In this document: one piece after another, positions 56,610 to 64,000 of the stretch
Layout of the letters: every line of letters begins with the position of its first letter
How positions within the stretch are numbered: position 1 is the stretch's first letter
Assembly: GCA_951406725.2 (NCBI GenBank)
Contig: OX597821.1
Location: 104,966,001 to 105,030,000, forward strand
DNA: 64,000 nucleotides
Source of the DNA: Octopus vulgaris
Lineage: Eukaryota
Direction of reading: 5' to 3'
The notes under the pieces: model-generated
Told to the model about the DNA's origin: nothing
Databases searched by the model: none
The model's input: only the letters and a program-made list of their open reading frames with translations
Translations under genes and position numbers: made by a program

Positions 56610-57071
56610 CAGTAATCCCTCGACTATCGCGGTTTCTACTTTCCAGAACTTCCCTTGGTAGGTGAAAATCCGCGAAGTAGAAAGAGTACTGTACTGTATA
56701 TAATCTTTGTATCATTTTATGATTTGTATACATTTATTTTATTATAAATATAAAACAACACCCCTCACTCGTTTCCCGAGTTCCATACAGTATGTACGAT
56801 TCTTTGTTTAGTCAGCTACGGTAACCTACTTTTTCTTTTAATATATTTTATTTAATATGTTATACAGTGCACTACTGTACTCTATTTTTACGTAATTTAT
56901 TAATTTGGAGACCTGGTAATACTTATTTTACCACAGAAATAATTAAAATCTAAACACATATAAATACATATCGGTCACAGAAACCTACGATATATTGAGG
57001 AAGCCGCGATAAGTGAATCGCGATGTACTGAGTGCGCGATAGGTGAACCGCAATATAGCGAGGAATTAATG
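56610..57071. mobile_element. pogo/Tigger-type MITE
   Basis: TA|CAGTAATCCCTCGACTATCGCGGTT ... AACCGCAATATAGCGAGGAATTAATG|TA, with subterminal CGCGATA repeats. Confidence 0.8.
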
Positions 57072-57787
57072 TACTGTGTATATGTTTCAAAATCTGTGAA
57101 GCGATCTTCTGAATATAGATGATTTGTATAGCAGCATTGGCAGTATAATGTCTTTCAAAGTTATGCGAGATATCTATTGATACAGTCAACAAGTACATTA
57201 ATTTCATATCAACTAGGAAAAATAATTGATGCATTGAGTATACAGTATCAGAAATTCAACTTCTGGAACTAAATAGCTCTTCATATTATGGATATAGCTT
57301 CTCATTTGATCGCTTCCTAACAAACAAATCCACGCTAGCTTCATGCGTCTCGCAGATCGTTTGTAATAGATTCACAGCTATCTTTAACACATTTTCATGT
57401 TCACTATAAAACAGAAATATCTTTACTGGGAATAAAGACTCTAGAAGGATATTATCATAATCTATGCGTATGAAAATAGATCACCGGTCTATGAATGATT
57501 TCATCACATTTCAGTATAAAGATTCTCACGTTTCTTTTCAACTACTGACAACGAATTCCTCATTCGCAGCGTAGTAAGAACTGTGGTTCATATATGCAGA
57601 CTGCAAACAGAAAATATGTTGACAAAATACATTTTTTTCGAGCTGCAATTAATGAACTTAAGGACTACACGAAGCAGTAATGCTTAAATTATAGCTGTGC
57701 ATGCTTATATCAGGTGGATGGTTTACACGTATCATAAGGTTTTATAATGTTTCTTTATGCCCTCACTGTCGCTTTCATCAGGTAAAT

Positions 57788-57998
57788 GTTAGAGACCCCC
57801 TTCAGTCACGAATGGCAATGGGATTGGACCTCCGAGGCACAAGTCCGGGCAAACTTGTCTATGAAAGACCAGCAATCGGACAGGAATACCAGCCTCCCCA
57901 CTTCACGCCACCAATGTTATGCAAAGGAAAGGTAACGGCAGGTAGAGCATGTCACCAGTGACGTCGTTACTTATTTCTCCGGCTGAGTGAACTGGAGT
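57788..57998 (-). mobile_element. SINE family C, 3' part
   Basis: Collinear with 56180-56380 (GACCCCCTT..ATGGGATTG..ACCAGCCTC..CCAGTGAC.TCG..GAACTGGAG). Confidence 0.7.
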
Positions 57999-60394
57999 TT
58001 TCCTCAGGTATCTCATAATACTTCCTTACTTTCTCTGTTCAAACTCTCATTGTATCATCAAACGTTGCCTTCAAAAATACCTTCATTTTGCGATAACTTT
58101 TATTTCTCAGTAGAGTCATTCTCTTTTCGTGCCTTATCATTTTATTTCTTTCTTATCCAATAATTACACGTCTGAGCCAATGAGAATCCTTCTGAGAACC
58201 CATTTTCGTTAGTTTTACGTGATACAGCAGGAATGTTTATAGCAACAAGTACAAATTTTGAATTACATTTATCGGATCGAAAGTCAAACAGACATATAAT
58301 ACATTAAATACTTCCGTAGGTTTCACCGTAGCTACTACTTTGCCATTACGTTATACTTTGCCGCTGTAAGGAGGTAATTATCTCGGCGAAAACTACTCCA
58401 ATCTCAATGCATTTTGGACATGCGTCATATGTCTGTAAAATGTATGTTCAAATTGTCTTTTCTTCTTGTATCATGCTATAAATGTCGGGTGCTCTTTGTT
58501 AGTGATATCACTCCGTAAATGCATTTGATCAGTGTTCGCATTGAACCATTACGATATTAGACCATTGCCTGATATTATCCATTATGTAATACTGCAAATT
58601 ACATGATTAACACTACATGATGTAATCCAGTATAAAAGAATGAACTGTTTATAATTTTAGATCTTATTTTTCTTTACCCTATAACATTTTAGCTCGATGG
58701 TGTAGTGTACAATCAAATTCATTTGATAATATGTATAACTTGATGGAATATTCGATAAGTGAATACATGAACGAATGTGTTAACATGATGGTTATATAAT
58801 TAACGTTAGAACGGCCAGCTGTTCTAGCACGTCAGATTGCATTATATAAAGCTGCTGAGCGAATGCACGTTAATAAAAGTATCTTGCGACTTACTCATTT
58901 ATGTTAATAGCAATCTTAACTGTGAGTTGAACTGAGACAAGACAGAACAGGAAATTACAGATATCCTTGAATGCCTTGGCAAATGAGCCGAGTCTGTTGA
59001 ACACACTGTCGTCTTAGAAAGAAGATGTTATTCTCCTATGACGTACACTACCTCGACCAGCGTATTTTGCAAGTTCCTTTACTAGTAATGCGAATTCCTT
59101 TACTAATAATGCGAATTCAATAAACCGTTTGACAACTAGAGGAAAAATTAACTACTAATCGTCCAGAGATATTTCAATACATGTACCTTAAAATTCAGAC
59201 TGTATCTGATATGAAATTAACTTAATAATATTGCGCCTCAGACAACTGATAATACTATATGCGAAATATTAAACATCCGATATCAGAAAGCATATACAAA
59301 TGATATACAAAGACGTTCGATCGAATGATTGTCCCTTTAGCAACTATAGATGTCTTCAGAAAGACCTAGTGAAAATGATGGTTTTGTTTATTTTCCAAGA
59401 AAGAGAAGAAAACAATTGCGCAGTAAGTGATCTTCAGCATAATAATTTTCATAGTTTGCCAAATAGCCAAAAGAGAACTTTGAATGCTTTCATGCAAAAC
59501 ATACTCTAGTGTTTTCAAGTAACATCAAACACCAACTGCTGTCGAACATTGGTGGCAATGTTCATTATAGATGTTGTGTGAACGAATATGACTCCAACTA
59601 AAAGTATTATGGGAGTGAACAGTTAAACGTCTATAAAAAACAATTTATTACAGTTGCGTAATATCATATAATTTCGTTATAGTGCTTTGCTAAATTTTTT
59701 CATTGATATTTAGTACAGAAATGTAACATAAAACAGAAGGAAAATAAATGCTGGGCACTTTTATAATTCCGTTGGCTCACAGCTGAAGTTTTGTACAAAT
59801 ATAATATTATAAAATAAAAACAGATGTATAATATGGAAATGAAATATAAACACAGACTACAGTAACCTAAGAGAACAAGCGCATAAATTTGCAGTGTTCA
59901 GAATTGGATACCACTAAATATACTCCCTCTACAGAATGCTTGAAGCACATTAAACCAAAACAAAGAGAAAGAAAATTATAAATTATCTAAAGTTGAACCA
60001 CTAAATAAATATCAGCGTATGAGAACGTGAGCGATGTTAAGCTAAATAATATTACTCTATAATTAATATTGCACTGCATACTGCCATTATATAACCATAT
60101 TCACATATGAATAATCGGTGATATTAAACACAAAAATTGTTGCCGGCTTGATCAATGGATATGCTGTGTAATGTATGTTTAGTGTCTCCTTTAATGATAA
60201 GAATGAACATGTTTGTGGGCGCAAGATATTTAGCTGCATTTCTAGTAACTTGCGAGTAGAATTAAAGCGTAATTTAACGCTTGGATACCGTAGCAGTTGC
60301 TGTCTTATAATAAATAGCTTAAGTAATGTAATATGTTTACAGGCACACGGCAAGATGTGACAGGAAACAGAGCAATGTCGGAGCGATACTAAAA

Positions 60395-60445
60395 TAGCAA
60401 TAATGATAATAATAATAGTAATAATGATTATTATGGTGATAATGG

Positions 60446-60476
<31 letters not shown>

Positions 60477-60504
60477 TGATGATAATAGTAATGAGGACAA
60501 CGAC

Positions 60505-60535
<31 letters not shown>

Positions 60536-60553
60536 ATGATGATACTGATAATG

Positions 60554-60638
<85 letters not shown>

Positions 60639-61105
60639 TATTCAGACAAATACATAACAAAAACACCAGGACTTACAAACACATATAACATACAGAAAAT
60701 TGCACTACTAGGCACTGCACACACCTACGCAGAACACTTTCCATACAATAACCATCAGAGCATCACAACAAATCACAGCACATACCCAAGGCACACAGAG
60801 CTGTGCTCGGTAGTGAAGTGAAAGCACGCTATAAAAATAAAATAATATTAATAATAATAATGATAATGATGATGATGATGATGATATTAATAATGATAAT
60901 AATAACATAATAACAACGACGAGGAGGACTATGAGGAGACTGTCGACGACGGCGACGACGAGAGCTTCGACGACGCCTACGGTAATAACAACGGTGGTGG
61001 CACCTGTAACAACGTCGACGACGATGGTGATGATGACAATGATGATGATGATGATGATGCTGACGACGATGACGACGATGATGATGATGATGACGACGAT
61101 GATGA
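60395..61105. repeat. Compound (GAT)/(AAT)/(GAC)n array interrupted by a LINE tail
   Basis: Seen directly. Confidence 0.9.
60634..60845 (+). mobile_element. Severely 5'-truncated R4/Dong-like LINE tail inserted in (TAA)n
   Basis: KYSDKYITKTPGLTNTYNIQKIALLGTAH.LRRTLSIQ* (one frameshift) matches the R4/Dong C-terminus. Flanked by (TAA)n on both sides. Confidence 0.75.
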
Positions 61106-61383
61106 TTTATGCATTTACAAATGTGATTTATCGATAATACTAGAATTAAGTAAACATACCATAAATTTAAAAGTATTGTTTGTTGTGACTTCAACACGAC
61201 TGTTCTGTACAGAACGACATTACTGCTACATTCAACACCAAGAGAACACACTCTCACGCTGGTTAACGACACAACCTACTTTTTTTTTCCACCAGTGACC
61301 TATATGCCCCATTATTATACTATTTCCTCTAGTCATTGCACGGTGATCGCTTATAAATATTAAGGATACTAATATATATATAT

Positions 61384-61446
<63 letters not shown>

Positions 61447-61468
61447 CATATCTATCTATCTATCTATC

Positions 61469-61507
<39 letters not shown>

Positions 61508-61525
61508 CACATATATATATATATA

Positions 61526-61800
61526 GTTCAAATTTACAGAAAACTAAAGTAAAGAAGACAGGTGTAGGAACGACAAATATATTAGTTTAACGCTCGGGGA
61601 GAGTGGTAATGTATTTTACGTTTCAAGCCTATGCTCTTCGACAAAAAGGATTAAGAGAAAAAAAAACAGATAGAGAATGAAAAAAAAAACCTAGAGAGAA
61701 AATAATGTGCAGAGTTCAACGCTCCAGCATGATCACATGACCGCCAAAAAAAAAGGCTGAATGGAACGGAGATGATAATGATGATAACGATAGTGGTGAC
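61526..61800 (-). mobile_element. Penelope-like fragment of the 41722 family, hammerhead decayed
   Basis: AAGACAGGTG..CGCTCGGG..TTACGTTTCAAGCCTATGCTCTTCGACA, homologous to 41750-41850. Confidence 0.6.
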
Positions 61801-63687
61801 CCCAACGAACTAAGGTGCGCAAGCGATTGTGCGTATGTGAGAATGGTGTGTATATATGCGTATATGTGAATATGAGCGAGAGTCTAAGTACATATGTGAG
61901 GGTGAGTGTGTGTGTGCGTATGAACGAGTGTACATATATGAGTATGCGTATGGAAGTTTATATTTGTGTGAGGCAAACATGTGTGTGTGTGTGTATTTTA
62001 TGTACGGTTGATTTGTGCTTGTTCAGGTTGTGTGGGCATATGTGTATGTGTGTGTCCGTGACCAACTCGTAGCTCGCTCTATATTGTCTATCGTAGCCTA
62101 TTGTCGTTATAGGAAGCTATTCATATTGCTTAAAAGGCACTTAACGTTATGTAGGTGCTGTTGAAATATTCACTTTTGATAGGTATGAGATAGCCTTTAC
62201 TCTTATCACATTTTAATTAATCTTTTCGGTTGTTATGGGACATCAGCCGACCTACCATGCCACTTCAGGTAAAACCATTTCATATTGATACTAGGATATA
62301 ATTTTTGACACCATTCGTCAAAATGAAACGTGTTTTTTCTCTGATATCTCATAATACAATGATACATATTGTATTCATGAAATGTGGTATACTTTGCATT
62401 AGATTTTATACAAAATACCTGCTTATTAAGGTATTGTAAGAAACATTGAGATGAAAGTGAACCATAATTTGTCATTGCTTAAAAAAATCAAGTGTATACA
62501 GCAGTATCTCTTGTATACTTGTATACAGCAGTATCTCTTTTCACGATAAAATAGAAAAAAAATCTTGCAGATTCTTCAACCAGCGTAATCCTTCGAAAGG
62601 TTTTTGCTTCTAAGCTTAGTTTCATTGTTTAGGGCAGAGGAATTTGTCTAAATTGTAGGTTATATGTCCAAAGAGAGAACTGTTAAATACTATATCTTGC
62701 CACATTCGAACCTTAAGCTGAAATTATTTTATATTTTCAAAATCTATTACCTTGTCATTTCATGGGTTATGGGTAACTGTCTAAATTTGTACGTTTGCAA
62801 ACAGTTCCGTCAAAGGAAATTCGATTTACGAACATCGGGGACATTTTCCTACTCTTGTGTTGTCGCTATTGAGGCTTTTCATTTAATTCTCCCTCAGTGA
62901 TCTAAGGTTGTCATTTAGATTTTTCCTGAGTCGCTGCCCGAAGCATTCAAGATTACATTAACACTTTCCGAAGGTGTCAATACAATGGGAGTAAGAGACT
63001 ATATAACGTTAAGTAACATAAAAAATGCACTAACGTGGAATACTGAACAAAAACAAAACAAAAATAAAATAACTGCAACATAAAACAGGGCTTTTAGTCG
63101 TAAAATTATTATAGTTTCATTTTAGATATCAAACACATTTTATTTTCCCAAGAAAAAAAGGATTGATTTCGTGTAGTTTTCTCATTTGAGTGCAAGTTAT
63201 GGAAAATAATTTTAAAATAATTTCCAGTTTGTTTTCTTAACGTTCGATCGGCGTTTGAGAGAAATATTTATGGTATAATTCTACTTAGCTTAATCTCACT
63301 CAGGTTGCACTGTGATTGAAGAATAAAAAAAATAAGATCTGAATAATTTTGTAACATTCGTCTTAAATGCACTGTTTGATAGTAATAAGAAATTAAAACT
63401 TTTCAAAATGTTTACACTTACTAAAACATTAATTTGGTAATAAAAATAGGGGACTAGTTTCATATTCTGCTGTTCTTTCCTTCCAGTTTCCAAACGTCAA
63501 GCAAACTGGCGCTCCAGAAATCATTGAAATGCACCATCAACATCATAGAAATATCGGAGTGAAGCCACTCATGAAGATGTCCAATTGTTTCCGGAAAAAA
63601 CAACATTGTGAAGGTGGCATAAAGTAAACATCCTTTAGTTGTTTCTTTCAGTGCCATTTAAGCATAGTGGGCACCAGTTTGTATATA

Positions 63688-63693
63688 TGTCTG

Positions 63694-63772
<79 letters not shown>

Positions 63773-63822
63773 CTCTCTCTCTATATATATATATATATAG
63801 ATATATATATATATATAGATAT

Positions 63823-63859
<37 letters not shown>

Positions 63860-63902
63860 CAGATAGCTAGATAGATGTGTGTATGTATCTATCAATTTCT
63901 AT

Positions 63903-63933
<31 letters not shown>

Positions 63934-64000
63934 CATATATACACACATTATTTATTCTTTTACTTAAATACTTGTTTCAGTCATTTGACTGCGGTCATGG
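63688..64000. repeat. (TATC)n/(TA)n/(GATA)n array followed by a SINE family A 3' tail at the window edge
   Basis: CTTGTTTCAGTCATTTGACTGCGGTCATG at 63971-63999 is the reverse complement of the family A tail. Confidence 0.85.

Noticed and set aside
59073-59118. 21-bp tandem duplication (similar short duplication at 62493-62538)
   Set aside because: Two-copy local slippage; not an array or CRISPR-like structure.

Overview
AT-rich, microsatellite-dense animal genomic DNA. The repeat families look like those of a coleoid cephalopod, probably Octopus (inference from recalled repeat sequences, not a database search). I recognise no intact host protein-coding gene: nearly all supplied ORFs are microsatellite translations or decayed transposon fragments. 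The window holds about four tRNA-headed SINE families, decayed LINEs (RTE, RTE-X-like, CR1-like, R4/Dong with restriction-like endonuclease), mariner/Tc1/pogo relics and MITEs, and a non-autonomous Helitron. The most notable signals are: (1) several short, (TA)n-embedded Penelope-like inserts carrying type I hammerhead ribozyme motifs, one nearly canonical inside an 88-bp insert at 53849-53936; (2) a 234-bp inverted duplication with one mismatch (30758-30991 / 34619-34852); (3) an unclassified ~530-bp element inserted in (TAA)n next to an R4/Dong LINE; (4) a possible divergent promoter with outward-facing first exons at about 39.3-41.3 kb.
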